Shown in pieces: positions 7,910 through 18,255 of a DNA stretch of 64,000 nt. This DNA comes from Sneathiella sp. GTDB taxonomy: Bacteria; Pseudomonadota; Alphaproteobacteria; Sneathiellales; Sneathiellaceae. Each line of letters starts with the position of its first letter. Position 1 is the stretch's first letter. The notes below the pieces were generated by a model, which saw only the letters and a program-made list of their open reading frames with translations, had not been told where the DNA came from and ran no database searches. The stretch spans positions 10,008 to 74,007 of the forward strand of contig JBBDJF010000094.1 in NCBI GenBank assembly GCA_040880045.1, read 5' to 3'. The position numbers were made by a program, and so were the translations under genes.

Positions 7910-8219
7910 AGCAGCTCTCACAAAGCTACAAGACGCACTGGACGCATTGAACTCTCAAACGGCGTCTGATTTACCTTCAACTCAACTTGCCAAACTTGAA
8001 ACGGCAAAAGCGGCTCTCTACGGAGAGATACAGGCATTGCAGGTTCACCAATTGGACGAGCGCGACGCAGAATACAGTGCCCTCACGAACGAGTTTCAAG
8101 ACTGCAAGTCGGACCTCAGCGATTTATCAAACTGGATTACGCAGCGGCAAAAGCGGGATCGTGCCTTATTCACTCTTCTTTCGAAGGGAGTGGGTCTTGC
8201 CCTCTCCCTGCTTGCCTGA
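7893..8219 (+). CDS. Small coiled-coil protein with hydrophobic C-terminus
   Basis: ATG at 7893 after GGA overlaps the upstream gene by 17 bp. 108 aa, heptad pattern, ends ALFTLLSKGVGLALSLLA. Confidence 0.7.
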   Translation: MTTSNEAALTKLQDALDALNSQTASDLPSTQLAKLETAKAALYGEIQALQVHQLDERDAEYSALTNEFQDCKSDLSDLSNWITQRQKRDRALFTLLSKGVGLALSLLA

Positions 8220-9029
8220 TTACCGATCCATAATCTGATCAATCCGGCGGCGGGTGACGCTATATCCTGCTTCCTTTGGAATTAACAGGAACTTGCCTTC
8301 ATCCGTCACTTCCATTTGCGGAAGAACCGAGAAAGTGTTCGTTCCCTTGGCATTTTCAACAGCGTCCTGGCTGGAGTTGAAGCGGCCGAGGACCTCAACA
8401 TTCATCCGGGTCGGAAAAACTACTGTATAGTTCCCTTTGTCCGCCTCCTCCAATATTTCATTTGGGCCAACCCAGACAGAATCCACGGACTCCTCGCCAT
8501 CATGGGCCGCAAGCTGGTGAGGGGGCGCTTTGGCAATGAAGAAATGGGTATTAAATCGCTTGGGCATATGAGTAGGCGTGAGCCAGTGAGCGAAATGTCC
8601 CAGGAGATCCGTTGCCAGTTCCAGATTCTCCGTCTTGACCATGTCAAGGATGGGAAGTTCACCATTCTGTAGCGGCATCCGATATTTTGCCGCCAGCATT
8701 TCCAGCCGATCGTGAGTGACCAGCTCACCAGTCTCCCGGTTACGGGCAAGGAGGATGTTGGCTTCCTCAAAACTTTCGCGGATGGAGGCTATCTTAAAGC
8801 CGCGTAACGCATCGTCGCCGCGTTCGCTTTCGGGAAGAAATTCGATGAGTGCCGGGTCCATATCGCCCTCGTCCACCTTGCCGCCTGGAAATACGAGTGC
8901 GCCGGAAGCAAAATCAATCTGATGATGACGAACCACCATGAAGACTTCGATCTTGTCGCTTTTGCTGACCCGATCCCGGACAAGCAAAACGGTTGCGGCA
9001 GGTTTCAGGGGAACTTCTTTCTTGGTCAT
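8220..9029 (-). CDS. NUDIX hydrolase (NUDT19-like, putative acyl-CoA diphosphatase)
   Basis: PAATVLLVR, VFPGGKVD, IRESFEEANI, HWLTP…KRFNTHFF. Confidence 0.85.
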   Translation of the reverse strand: MTKKEVPLKPAATVLLVRDRVSKSDKIEVFMVVRHHQIDFASGALVFPGGKVDEGDMDPALIEFLPESERGDDALRGFKIASIRESFEEANILLARNRETGELVTHDRLEMLAAKYRMPLQNGELPILDMVKTENLELATDLLGHFAHWLTPTHMPKRFNTHFFIAKAPPHQLAAHDGEESVDSVWVGPNEILEEADKGNYTVVFPTRMNVEVLGRFNSSQDAVENAKGTNTFSVLPQMEVTDEGKFLLIPKEAGYSVTRRRIDQIMDR

Positions 9030-9099
9030 CTGGCACCATTCTTGTTCTTGTTTCAGAACATTGTGCCCGAGAGTTGGGAAGGGATCAACCAAATGCTGA

Positions 9100-9834
9100 T
9101 TAAAGCTTGATTTCCAGCGCGGCGAGTATCGGATCGTAACCTGCCCGTTGGATAATCAGGGCGCAGCCATCACGTCCGTCTGCCCGCATTTCCAAAAGAT
9201 CAAGTGTGACGTCCTTGGCGTTTCCCTTCCATTCGCCGAGGGAGCGGATTTTACGAACAACATTGTGATAGGTGATAATCCGGCCTGTGTTTTCGCCGCG
9301 TTGAATATCCACGTCTGATTTACGATCTATATCGACAAGCCAAAGCGTTGCATCCCCGGATGTCTTGGGCAGCTTGATGACAAGCTGGTCTCCACTAAAG
9401 GACCATTGCAGGGGCAAGGGGGTCGCGTGGTTGACCTGCTTTTTAATCAACGCCTCAACACCACTTCGATCGGAACCCACAATATGCTCTTTGCCGCCAA
9501 TAACCATCTGTGGGGTATAGACGTATCGTGAATTGAACTGGCCCCGGTATCCCACCTGTCGCGCGTCATTATCGGCACTGCCGAAGATATCTTTCCAGCC
9601 GATATAATCCCAATATGTCACCGCGAAGGAGAGGCCGAGAATATCCTTGTTTTCAATGAGTTCTCCAAGGAGTTTGTCTGCCGGAGGGCAGGAGCTGCAG
9701 CCCTGAGATGTAAAGAGTTCCACGACCGTTGTAGGTTGGTGTGCACTTTCGGCAATTGCCGCGTTGAATGTAAATGTTATCCCGAGCAGGGCAACAAGGA
9801 TCATCACAGTGCAGTTAGTATGGAATTGTTTCAT
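9100..9834 (-). CDS. DUF1223 thioredoxin-like secreted protein
   Basis: Signal peptide; VELFTSQGCSSCPPAD, YWDYIGWKD, YTPQMV, YHNVVR. Confidence 0.9.
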   Translation of the reverse strand: MKQFHTNCTVMILVALLGITFTFNAAIAESAHQPTTVVELFTSQGCSSCPPADKLLGELIENKDILGLSFAVTYWDYIGWKDIFGSADNDARQVGYRGQFNSRYVYTPQMVIGGKEHIVGSDRSGVEALIKKQVNHATPLPLQWSFSGDQLVIKLPKTSGDATLWLVDIDRKSDVDIQRGENTGRIITYHNVVRKIRSLGEWKGNAKDVTLDLLEMRADGRDGCALIIQRAGYDPILAALEIKL

Positions 9835-9897
9835 GAAATCTATTTAGCTGATAACCGCTTCACAGACAAATCACCAGTGAGTGAGAGGGCGGTGAAC

Positions 9898-9928
9898 AAA
9901 AACGGCGGCCATTTACGACCGCCGTTTT
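9898..9928 (-). terminator. Intrinsic terminator of acnA
   Basis: Minus strand reads AAAACGGCGGTC…GGCCGCCGTTTTT just after the acnA stop. Confidence 0.75.
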
Positions 9929-9951
9929 CGAATTTTCATTCTAGTTCGGAA

Positions 9952-12645
9952 CTAGCTGGCCGACAGATTCCGAAGTACGTATTGGAGAATGCCGTCATGA
10001 CGATAGTACTCAACTTCATCCAGCGTATCGATGCGACACAGAAGGTCAACCGACTGCGACGATCCGTCTGTTCGCGTAATGTTGCAGCGAACGCTCATGC
10101 CTGGCGTAATGCCTTCTTCTATGCCGGTGAGGTCGATTACCTCGCTGCCATCCAGTTTGAGCGTTTTACGCGTCACACCTTCTGGAAATTGCAGGGGAAG
10201 AATGCCCATACCGACAAGATTTGACCGGTGGATACGCTCGAAGCTTTCTGCGACGACAGCCTTGATTCCAAGTAACAACGTTCCCTTTGCGGCCCAGTCA
10301 CGGCTTGATCCGGTACCGTATTCCTTACCTGCAAAGACAACGAGAGGCGTTCCTTCCGCACGGTATTTCTCTGCGGCATCAAAGATCCACATCTGAGTTC
10401 CATCCGGCATGTGGCGGGTAACGCCGCCTTCCGTGCCTGGCGCTACTTCATTGCGCAGGCGGATATTGGCAAAGGTACCGCGGGTCATGACCTGATCATT
10501 ACCGCGCCGTGAACCGTAGGAATTAAAATCCTTCGGACTTACCTGATGTGATGTCAGATATTCGCCGGCCGGCCCATCTGCCTTGATTGCGCCTGCAGGC
10601 GAAATATGATCCGTCGTCACTGAATCAGCGAGCAGAGCAAGAATACGGGCGCCGTTGATATCCTCAAATGCACCGGGCTCCTTTTGCATGCCTTCGAAAT
10701 AAGGGGGATGCTGGACATAGGTTGACGCAATATTCCAGCTATATGTCTGGCCTTCCGCTGTCTTGATGGATTGCCAGGTCGCGTCGCCGGAGAAGACGTC
10801 GGCATACTGATGCTCAAACATATCACGGGATACGGCATCGCGAACCGTCTGCTGAACTTCGGCATTGCTCGGCCAGATATCCTTCAGGTAAACGGGGTTG
10901 CCGTTTTTGTCATTACCGAGGGAATCTTTTGTTACATCGACGTGAAGTGATCCTGCGATGGCATATGCGACAACGAGGGGTGGAGAGGCGAGGTAGTTTG
11001 CTTTGGCCTGAGGACTGACGCGGCCTTCGAAGTTACGGTTGCCGGAAAGAACCGAACAGGCAACCAGTTCGCCTTCTGCAATCGCGTCGGCGATATGCGG
11101 ATCGACCGGACCGGAATTGCCGATACAAGTCGTACAGCCATAACCGACAAGGTTGAAGCCAAGCGCATCCAGGTCATCCTGCAAACCGGCTTTTTCAAGA
11201 TAATCGGTTACCACCTTGGAGCCAGGGGCGAGCGAGGTTTTAACCCATGGCTTGACGGTGAGGCCTTTCTTAAGCGCATTGCGCGCAACCAGTCCGGCAG
11301 CCAGCATAACGCTCGGGTTTGACGTGTTGGTGCAGGATGTAATTGCCGCGATAATGACATTACCATGGCCGATTTTATAGTCCGTGCCGGCAACATCGAC
11401 CTTGACGTCAAGGTTGGCGTTTGGTCCGGCGAGTTCCGGAAGGCTTTCCTTGAAGGAACTCGCCGCGTCCGACAGCAGGACACGATCCTGCGGCCGCTTT
11501 GGCCCGGCAAGGCTCGGCTCCACCGTTGAAATATCAAGCTCCAGTGTCGCCGTGAATTCCGGATCCGGCGTGTTGTTGTCGCGCCACATCCCTTGTGCCT
11601 TTGCGTAGGCTTCAACGAGTTTCACCCGTTTTGGGTCGCGGGCAGTAAAGTTGAGGTAATTGATGGTTTCGGCGTCAATCGGGAAGAAACCGCATGTCGC
11701 ACCATATTCCGGCGCCATATTGGAGATTGTCGCCCGGTCCGCAAGCCCGAGCTCGGCTATGCCGGGACCAAAAAACTCAACGAACTTGCCGACAACGCCC
11801 TGTGCCCGGAGCATCTGGGTTACTGTCAGCACGAGATCGGTCGCAGTCGTTCCTTCCTTCAGCTTGCCGGTCAGCTTGAAGCCGACAACTTCCGGTATCA
11901 GCATTGAAATCGGCTGGCCGAGCATAACGGCCTCCGCCTCGATCCCGCCAACACCCCAGCCAAGGACGGCAAGACCATTGACCATGGTTGTGTGGCTGTC
12001 CGTGCCGACCAGTGTATCCGGATAGGCAACCTCGGCACCGTTCTCATCCTTTGTCGTCCAGACGGTCTGCGCGAGATATTCCAGATTAACCTGATGGCAG
12101 ATACCGGTTCCGGGCGGAACCACGCGGAAATTGTTGAATGCTTTCTGACCCCAGCGCAGGAAGGCATAGCGTTCGCCATTTCGCTCCATTTCCAGTTCCA
12201 CATTCTGGCCGAAGGAAGCCGCCGTGCCAAATTTGTCGACCATCACTGAATGGTCAATAACGAGGTCGCACTGGGCGAGGGGATTAATCTTTTCGGGGTC
12301 GCCACCAAGTGCAACCATCGCATCGCGCATGGCGGCGAGATCGACGACTGCGGGAACGCCGGTGAAATCCTGCATCAGAACGCGTGCCGGGCGGTAGGCG
12401 ATTTCACGGTCCGCCTTGCGATCCTTCAGCCATCCAGCGAGAGCGCTTACATCTTCCGATGTTACGGTGCGGCCATCTTCATGGCGCAGCAGGTTTTCAA
12501 GCAGGACTTTCAGGGAAAAGGGGAGGCGGGAAACATCACCGAGGCCGGCTTTTTCTGCCTCCGGGATGCTGTAGTAGTCATATTTCTCTCCGTCGATATC
12601 GAGAGAACGGCGAATATTCAGGCTGTCGTGGCCAATTGTTGTCAA
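9952..12645 (-). CDS. acnA: Aconitate hydratase A
   Basis: [64 protein letters not shown] start at 12645 after AAGGAG. Confidence 0.98.
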   Translation of the reverse strand: MTTIGHDSLNIRRSLDIDGEKYDYYSIPEAEKAGLGDVSRLPFSLKVLLENLLRHEDGRTVTSEDVSALAGWLKDRKADREIAYRPARVLMQDFTGVPAVVDLAAMRDAMVALGGDPEKINPLAQCDLVIDHSVMVDKFGTAASFGQNVELEMERNGERYAFLRWGQKAFNNFRVVPPGTGICHQVNLEYLAQTVWTTKDENGAEVAYPDTLVGTDSHTTMVNGLAVLGWGVGGIEAEAVMLGQPISMLIPEVVGFKLTGKLKEGTTATDLVLTVTQMLRAQGVVGKFVEFFGPGIAELGLADRATISNMAPEYGATCGFFPIDAETINYLNFTARDPKRVKLVEAYAKAQGMWRDNNTPDPEFTATLELDISTVEPSLAGPKRPQDRVLLSDAASSFKESLPELAGPNANLDVKVDVAGTDYKIGHGNVIIAAITSCTNTSNPSVMLAAGLVARNALKKGLTVKPWVKTSLAPGSKVVTDYLEKAGLQDDLDALGFNLVGYGCTTCIGNSGPVDPHIADAIAEGELVACSVLSGNRNFEGRVSPQAKANYLASPPLVVAYAIAGSLHVDVTKDSLGNDKNGNPVYLKDIWPSNAEVQQTVRDAVSRDMFEHQYADVFSGDATWQSIKTAEGQTYSWNIASTYVQHPPYFEGMQKEPGAFEDINGARILALLADSVTTDHISPAGAIKADGPAGEYLTSHQVSPKDFNSYGSRRGNDQVMTRGTFANIRLRNEVAPGTEGGVTRHMPDGTQMWIFDAAEKYRAEGTPLVVFAGKEYGTGSSRDWAAKGTLLLGIKAVVAESFERIHRSNLVGMGILPLQFPEGVTRKTLKLDGSEVIDLTGIEEGITPGMSVRCNITRTDGSSQSVDLLCRIDTLDEVEYYRHDGILQYVLRNLSAS

Positions 12646-12734
12646 CGTTTCGCTCCTTAAAAGGTAAGGGGAACGGGAAATGCCAGCATAGCGGCACCAG
12701 TTCATTGGTTCAATAATGTGCGTATGTGCCCTAA

Positions 12735-12751
12735 ATTAGAAAAATTCTCAA
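12735..12751. promoter_or_regulatory. Irr/ICE-like iron control element between acnA and ccmA
   Basis: ATTAGAA-AAA-TTCTCAA versus TTTAGAA-N3-TTCTAAA (2 mismatches). Confidence 0.45.
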
Positions 12752-12925
12752 GTGCTATCGTGCCTTCTGGCGTTCACTCTCACCAATAAAAAAGCCACTA
12801 TCTGAATCATTGCGAATTTGCACAGAGTGCGCGTGCCAAATATTTGCGAAAGGAAGATTCTTGCTGTACTCAGGGAGACTGTGCGATTCCTGAACCTTGT
12901 CTCTTCGGAGTAATACGCAACTGTT

Positions 12926-13537
12926 ATGACTTTTTCCGTCCATAATCTCGCTTGTCAGCGGGCCGACCAGCTTATTTTTGAGGATGTTTCCTTCTCTCTC
13001 TCTCCGGGAGAAGCTCTCTGGGTGCGCGGTCGGAATGGTGCCGGTAAATCGTCACTACTCAGAATATGCGCGAGGTTACTCAAGCCACTGGCAGGCTCGA
13101 TCACCTGGCAGGACGAAAATATTTTCGAGGATCCGGAAAATTACATCGGCGCGTATCAGTATCTCGGTCATCAGGACGCTCTGAAAAGTGCAATGTCTGT
13201 GCTGGAAAATATTACTTTCTGGGCAAATTTTCACGGTGAGGCGGATGTTACGTCTGCGCTGGCGGAGTTTGATCTGATGCCGCTTCGGGATGTATCGGCA
13301 GGAATTCTGTCGCAAGGGCAGAAGAAACGGGTCAATCTTGCGCGGCTGGCGGCATCACCGGCATTGCTCTGGATTCTGGACGAGCCGCTCAGCGCCCTTG
13401 ATCAACATTATATCGGCCAGTTCAAAGAGCGATTGTTGCATCATCTTGCGGCTGGGGGCATGGCGATTTACGCGACTCATCAGGATCTGGAACTTGACGG
13501 TGTCAAGCTCCTTGAACTGGGTGAGAATGCGGCATGA
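12926..13537 (+). CDS. ccmA: Heme ABC exporter ATP-binding protein CcmA
   Basis: GRNGAGKS, LGHQDALK, LSQGQKKR, WILDEP; first gene of the ccm cluster. Confidence 0.95.
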   Translation: MTFSVHNLACQRADQLIFEDVSFSLSPGEALWVRGRNGAGKSSLLRICARLLKPLAGSITWQDENIFEDPENYIGAYQYLGHQDALKSAMSVLENITFWANFHGEADVTSALAEFDLMPLRDVSAGILSQGQKKRVNLARLAASPALLWILDEPLSALDQHYIGQFKERLLHHLAAGGMAIYATHQDLELDGVKLLELGENAA

Positions 13538-14199
13538 GCAGATTTTTTCAGCTAGTTCGCCGCGATCTCATGCTGGCATTCCGGCAGGGAAGTACAGTGA
13601 CACTAAGTCTTTCCTTCTTCGTGATTGTGGTCGTATTATTTCCGCTCGGGGTCGGACCGGAACTGTCGATTTTAGCAAGGATCGGGCCGGGTGTCCTCTG
13701 GGTGGCGGCGCTGCTCGCCTGCCTGTTGACGCTGGACCGGATGTTTCAGGCGGATTTTGAGGATGGCGCGCTGGATCTTCTGATGATAGGCCCGTTGCCT
13801 GTTGAGATTCTCGTCCTTGCCAAGGTCATGGCCCATTGGCTCACATCGATCCTGCCACTTATAATCGTCGCCCCTGTCTTGGCGCTCTCCTTGAACATAC
13901 CCGCCGAGGGGATTCTGACAATCACGTTTGTGCTTCTGATTGGCACGCCGGCGCTAAGTCTGATCGGGGCCGTCGGGGCGGCATTGACCGTGGGAATGCG
14001 GCGTGGCGGTGTTTTGTTGTCACTTCTGGTACTTCCCCTATATATACCGGTATTGATTTTTGGTGTGGCGGCGGTTGATGCTGCGATTGCGCAGCTTGCC
14101 GTTGCGCCGCATCTCTTGTTGCTGGGCGGGGTTTCGCTGGGAGCACTGGTGGTCGGGCCGCTTGCGGCGGCGGCGGGGTTGCGGCTATCCCTTTCGTAA
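13534..14199 (+). CDS. ccmB: Heme exporter permease CcmB
   Basis: LFPLGVGP, DFEDGALD, LVLPLYIPVLIFG. Confidence 0.95.
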   Translation: MSRFFQLVRRDLMLAFRQGSTVTLSLSFFVIVVVLFPLGVGPELSILARIGPGVLWVAALLACLLTLDRMFQADFEDGALDLLMIGPLPVEILVLAKVMAHWLTSILPLIIVAPVLALSLNIPAEGILTITFVLLIGTPALSLIGAVGAALTVGMRRGGVLLSLLVLPLYIPVLIFGVAAVDAAIAQLAVAPHLLLLGGVSLGALVVGPLAAAAGLRLSLS

Positions 14200-14227
14200 C
14201 GGACAAATTAAATGAACAGTTGTTAGC

Positions 14228-14962
14228 ATGGCAATCGATCTACATAAATATGCGAACCCGAAACGTTTCCTTTCGATCATTTCCGTGATCTATCCATGGA
14301 GCGTCTGGCTGACGGTCATTCTTCTGATTGCCGGGCTCTATATGGGATTGTTCGTCGCCCCACCGGATTACCAGCAAGGGGATACCGTGCGGATCATGTT
14401 CGTTCATGTTCCCGCCGCCTGGATGGCACTTATGATCTATACGATCATGGCCGTTTCCTCAGCTGTTGGGCTCATCTGGAAACATCCGGTTGCCGACCTG
14501 ACAGCAAAAGCCGCCGCGCCAATCGGGGCAGCCTTCACCTTTCTAGCCCTTGTTACCGGATCGCTCTGGGGGCAGCCGATGTGGGGAACATTCTGGGTCT
14601 GGGATGCGCGGCTGACAAGTATGCTGATCCTGCTTTTCCTCTATCTGGGTTATATGGCAATCTGGGAGAGCTTTGATGATTCGGCCAAGGCCGCAAAGGC
14701 GGCGGCGATCCTCGCCCTTGTCGGGGTTATTAATATTCCCGTCATCCGCTTCTCTGTTGACTGGTGGAATACACTTCACCAGCCAGCGAGCGTCGCCACC
14801 ATGTCAGGGCCGAAGATACATAGTTCCATCTTGATTCCGCTCCTCATCATGGGACTGGCGTATACAGCTTTCTTTGTGATGGTGCTGATAATCCGTGTGA
14901 GAACCGAAATTTTACAGCGGCGGCTTCGCGTTATGCAGATTTCCGAACTACGGGAGCAATGA
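14228..14962 (+). CDS. ccmC: Heme exporter CcmC
   Basis: HVPAAW, WWD motif WGQPMWGTFWVWDARLTS, WWNTLHQ. Confidence 0.97.
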   Translation: MAIDLHKYANPKRFLSIISVIYPWSVWLTVILLIAGLYMGLFVAPPDYQQGDTVRIMFVHVPAAWMALMIYTIMAVSSAVGLIWKHPVADLTAKAAAPIGAAFTFLALVTGSLWGQPMWGTFWVWDARLTSMLILLFLYLGYMAIWESFDDSAKAAKAAAILALVGVINIPVIRFSVDWWNTLHQPASVATMSGPKIHSSILIPLLIMGLAYTAFFVMVLIIRVRTEILQRRLRVMQISELREQ

Positions 14963-14980
14963 AGCACCCTCACCGGGATC

Positions 14981-14995
14981 GCGGCATTGTGACGC
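14981..14995 (+). promoter_or_regulatory. RegA/RegR/PrrA-like box in the ccmC-ccmD gap
   Basis: GCGGCATTGTGACGC matches GNGRCRTTNNGNCGC at all positions. Confidence 0.55.
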
Positions 14996-15070
14996 AGAAA
15001 AGGTCTTCTGGTGTGTATTTTAGGGATGGACCAAGTATATTCGCCGGAAATACAGGATTTGAGGGAAATA

Positions 15071-15283
15071 GTGAATCAGATCGCGACATTTTTTGACATG
15101 GGCGGTTACGGGTTGTTTGTCTGGCCTTGCTTTGGCCTGTCGGCAATTGTGCTGCTGGCACTCTACTTTCGGAGTCACCAGAAGCTCAAAGCCGTTAAGC
15201 GGGAACTGTCTGTGGTAGAGGGGCGGCGCTCGCAAAAACGCGGATTCGATACGTCATCGGTTGTCGGGGAAAGCAAGTCATGA
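15071..15283 (+). CDS. ccmD: Heme exporter protein CcmD
   Basis: GTG after GAGGG; FFDMGGYGLFVWPCFG, one TM then a basic tail; lies between ccmC and ccmE. Confidence 0.9.
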   Translation: MNQIATFFDMGGYGLFVWPCFGLSAIVLLALYFRSHQKLKAVKRELSVVEGRRSQKRGFDTSSVVGESKS

Positions 15284-15720
15284 CACGCAAAAAACGCCGG
15301 TTATATTTTGTCCTTGCGGGTATGAGTGTACTGACGCTTGCTGCGGTGCTGGTACTGACGTCGTTTGAAGACAGCCTTGTCTTTTTCCGCAGCCCCTCCG
15401 ATCTTGTGGAAAAGCCTATTTCACCGGGGCGGAATTTTCGCCTAGGCGGCCTGGTTGAAGAGGGAAGCGTCGAAAGTGAGGGAGTTACGCACCGTTTTCG
15501 TGTAACCGATCTCAGCGAAGCGATCCCGGTTACGTTTGACGGAATGCTCCCCGATTTATTCCGTGAAGGACAAGGAGTTGTCGCTGAGGGCTCCCTGTCG
15601 GATGACGGCCTTTTCATCGCAACCAATGTATTGGCAAAGCATGACGAGAACTATATGCCGCCCGAAGTTGCGGAGGCACTGAAAAAATCAGGACAGTGGA
15701 AACCGGAGGAGGGTGACTGA
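15280..15720 (+). CDS. ccmE: Heme chaperone CcmE
   Basis: RLGGLV, LPDLFREGQG, LAKHDENYMPPE. Confidence 0.97.
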   Translation: MTRKKRRLYFVLAGMSVLTLAAVLVLTSFEDSLVFFRSPSDLVEKPISPGRNFRLGGLVEEGSVESEGVTHRFRVTDLSEAIPVTFDGMLPDLFREGQGVVAEGSLSDDGLFIATNVLAKHDENYMPPEVAEALKKSGQWKPEEGD

Positions 15721-17717
15721 TGGTTGCTGAAATTGGTCAGTTCGTCCTTATTCTGGCGTTGGTCACGGCTTGTTTTCAAAGTGTGCTGCCGCTGGTCGGC
15801 GCAGCCCGCAGCAATCGTCCAATGATGCGCTTTGCCAGTAATGCGGCGTTTGTCCAGTTTGCGGCAATTACCGGCGCTTTCGCCTGTTTAACCGTTGGCT
15901 ATGTCACCAGTGATTTTTCAATCCTGAATGTCGTGAACAATTCACATTCTCTAAAGCCGATGCTCTATAAAATAAGCGGCGTTTGGGGCAACCATGAAGG
16001 CTCTCTCCTCTTGTGGAGCTGGATCTTGGCGCTTTTCGGTCTGGCAGTAGCCCTTTTTGGGCGAAACCTGCCGGATGGCCTGAAGGCGCGGGTGCTGGCG
16101 ATACAGGGGTTGATTGGTGTCGGCTTCCTGATGTTCATCCTGTTTACCTCCAATCCGTTTGAAAGGGTCAATCCGGCGCCCCTTGATGGTAACGGCCTCA
16201 ACCCGTTGTTGCAGGATCCTGGGCTCGCCTTTCATCCGCCCTTTCTATATCTTGGTTATGTCGGGCTATCGATCACATTTTCTTTCGCGATTGCTGCCCT
16301 GATCGAAGGGCGGGTCGATCCGGCATGGGCGCGCTGGGTGCGACCATGGACACTGGCGGCCTGGGGTTTCCTCACCATCGGGATAGCGCTTGGTTCCTGG
16401 TGGGCGTATTATGAACTTGGCTGGGGAGGCTGGTGGTTCTGGGATCCGGTTGAGAATGCCTCTTTTATGCCCTGGCTGGCGGCGACGGCGCTGCTGCATT
16501 CCGCGATTGTTGTCGAGAAACGCGATGCGCTAAAAAACTGGACAATTCTGCTTGCGATTATTGCTTTTAGCCTGAGCCTTCTGGGCACCTTCCTTGTGCG
16601 GTCCGGCGTTTTGAACTCGGTTCATGCCTTCGCCTCTGACCCGGCACGGGGCGTATTTATCCTGATGTTCCTGATATTTGTGATTGGCGGATCATTGCTT
16701 CTTTACGGTATTCGCGCGCCGATGATGAAAGGGGGAGGATTGTTCGCCCCGATCAGTCGGGAAGGCGCGCTGGTCCTGAATAATCTGTTGCTTTCCACTA
16801 TAACGGCGACGGTTCTCCTCGGGACACTTTACCCGATTTTCCTCGATGCCTTCACGGGTGCAAAAGTCTCCGTCGGCCCACCTTATTTTGAGGCGACCTT
16901 TCTGCCGCTCGCGATCCCGCTGGTCGCAGCGATGGCGTTTGGGCCGTTTCTGGCCTGGAAGCGCGGCGATCTTGCCGGCGTTATCTCGCGCCTAAAATTT
17001 GCGCTGTTGGTGGCGCTTGCCTTCGCCGGATTCATATGGTGGTGGCAGACAGGCGCGCCAATCATGGCACTTCTCGGTATGGGGCTTTTTGCCTGGTTGC
17101 TGGTCGGTTCCGTGCTCGAATGGATGGAACGGATCAAACTGTTCCGCGGCCCGTTGGCGAGCAGTTGGAAAAGGATGATACAGCTCCCGCGGAGTGCCCA
17201 TGGCATGACAGTCGCGCATATCGGTGTGGCGCTCGTTATCCTGGGTATTACAGCGTCTGAGTCCTGGCAATCGGAGCATCTTGGTGTAATGCGACCTGGC
17301 GAAATTGTGACAGTTGGTGGATATGATTTTCGTTTTGACGGCGCCGAGACGATTACGGGCCCGAATTATGACGCGGTCCGGGGAACCTTTCTGGCCTATA
17401 CCGGCGGAAATAAGGGCGTTTATCTCTATCCCGAGCAGCGGCGTTATACCGATCCGCCGATGGAAACAACGGAAGCTGCTATTCGGCCCATGCTGAGTGC
17501 TGATCTTTATGCAGTGATTGGGGAAGCCGATGGAAAGGGAGGCTATGCAGTCCGGATTTATCACAAGCCGTTCATTTCCTGGATCTGGATCGGCGCATTT
17601 GTCATGTTTGCGGGAGGTGCGCTTAGCCTGAGTGACAGGCGTTTGCGTCTTGGGGCACCGGAACGGGCGAAGCAGGAGCCTGCTGTGTCTTCCGCCCCGT
17701 CGGGCGTGAAAGGGTAA
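15720..17717 (+). CDS. ccmF: Cytochrome c heme lyase subunit CcmF
   Basis: WGNHEGS, LNPLLQD, HPP, WAYYELGWGGWWFWDPVENAS, SVHAF. Confidence 0.98.
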   Translation: MVAEIGQFVLILALVTACFQSVLPLVGAARSNRPMMRFASNAAFVQFAAITGAFACLTVGYVTSDFSILNVVNNSHSLKPMLYKISGVWGNHEGSLLLWSWILALFGLAVALFGRNLPDGLKARVLAIQGLIGVGFLMFILFTSNPFERVNPAPLDGNGLNPLLQDPGLAFHPPFLYLGYVGLSITFSFAIAALIEGRVDPAWARWVRPWTLAAWGFLTIGIALGSWWAYYELGWGGWWFWDPVENASFMPWLAATALLHSAIVVEKRDALKNWTILLAIIAFSLSLLGTFLVRSGVLNSVHAFASDPARGVFILMFLIFVIGGSLLLYGIRAPMMKGGGLFAPISREGALVLNNLLLSTITATVLLGTLYPIFLDAFTGAKVSVGPPYFEATFLPLAIPLVAAMAFGPFLAWKRGDLAGVISRLKFALLVALAFAGFIWWWQTGAPIMALLGMGLFAWLLVGSVLEWMERIKLFRGPLASSWKRMIQLPRSAHGMTVAHIGVALVILGITASESWQSEHLGVMRPGEIVTVGGYDFRFDGAETITGPNYDAVRGTFLAYTGGNKGVYLYPEQRRYTDPPMETTEAAIRPMLSADLYAVIGEADGKGGYAVRIYHKPFISWIWIGAFVMFAGGALSLSDRRLRLGAPERAKQEPAVSSAPSGVKG

Positions 17718-17721
17718 GACG

Positions 17722-18255
17722 ATGCGTTTAAGATTTTCGGCACCTGTTCTGACTTTTGCAGCGATCGCTGTGGTTATGTGGTATGCGCTTTTTAATCTGA
17801 ATCCAGCGGAGATTCCGTCCGAGCTTGTCAGCAAACCCGCACCTGAATTCTCGCTGGATCCCGTGCCGGGGTATGGACCGGGCCTTGCGCAGGCGGACCT
17901 GGCAACTGGCAAGGTGACGTTGCTGAATGTCTTTGCCTCCTGGTGTGTTGCCTGTTTGGCGGAGCATCCTTTTTTCATGGAACTTAAAAAGCAAAATCTC
18001 GTTGAAATATACGGACTTAACTATAAAGATAAACCGAATGCCGCTGCTCAGTGGCTCAATCGTCACAGGAATCCGTATGAACGAACGGGTATGGATCTGA
18101 AGGGACGGGTTGGTATAGACTTCGGCGTTTATGGCGTTCCTGAAACCTTTGTAATCAGTGCCGATGGCAAGATTCTTGATAAAATTATCGGTCCCGTTAG
18201 TAAGGATATATTCGATATCCGTATCCGGCCTTTGCTGAAAGAGGCAGGATCGTGA
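17722..18255 (+). CDS. ccmG: Thiol:disulfide interchange protein CcmG/DsbE
   Basis: FASWCVAC, GLNYKD, GVYGVPETF. Confidence 0.95.
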   Translation: MRLRFSAPVLTFAAIAVVMWYALFNLNPAEIPSELVSKPAPEFSLDPVPGYGPGLAQADLATGKVTLLNVFASWCVACLAEHPFFMELKKQNLVEIYGLNYKDKPNAAAQWLNRHRNPYERTGMDLKGRVGIDFGVYGVPETFVISADGKILDKIIGPVSKDIFDIRIRPLLKEAGS

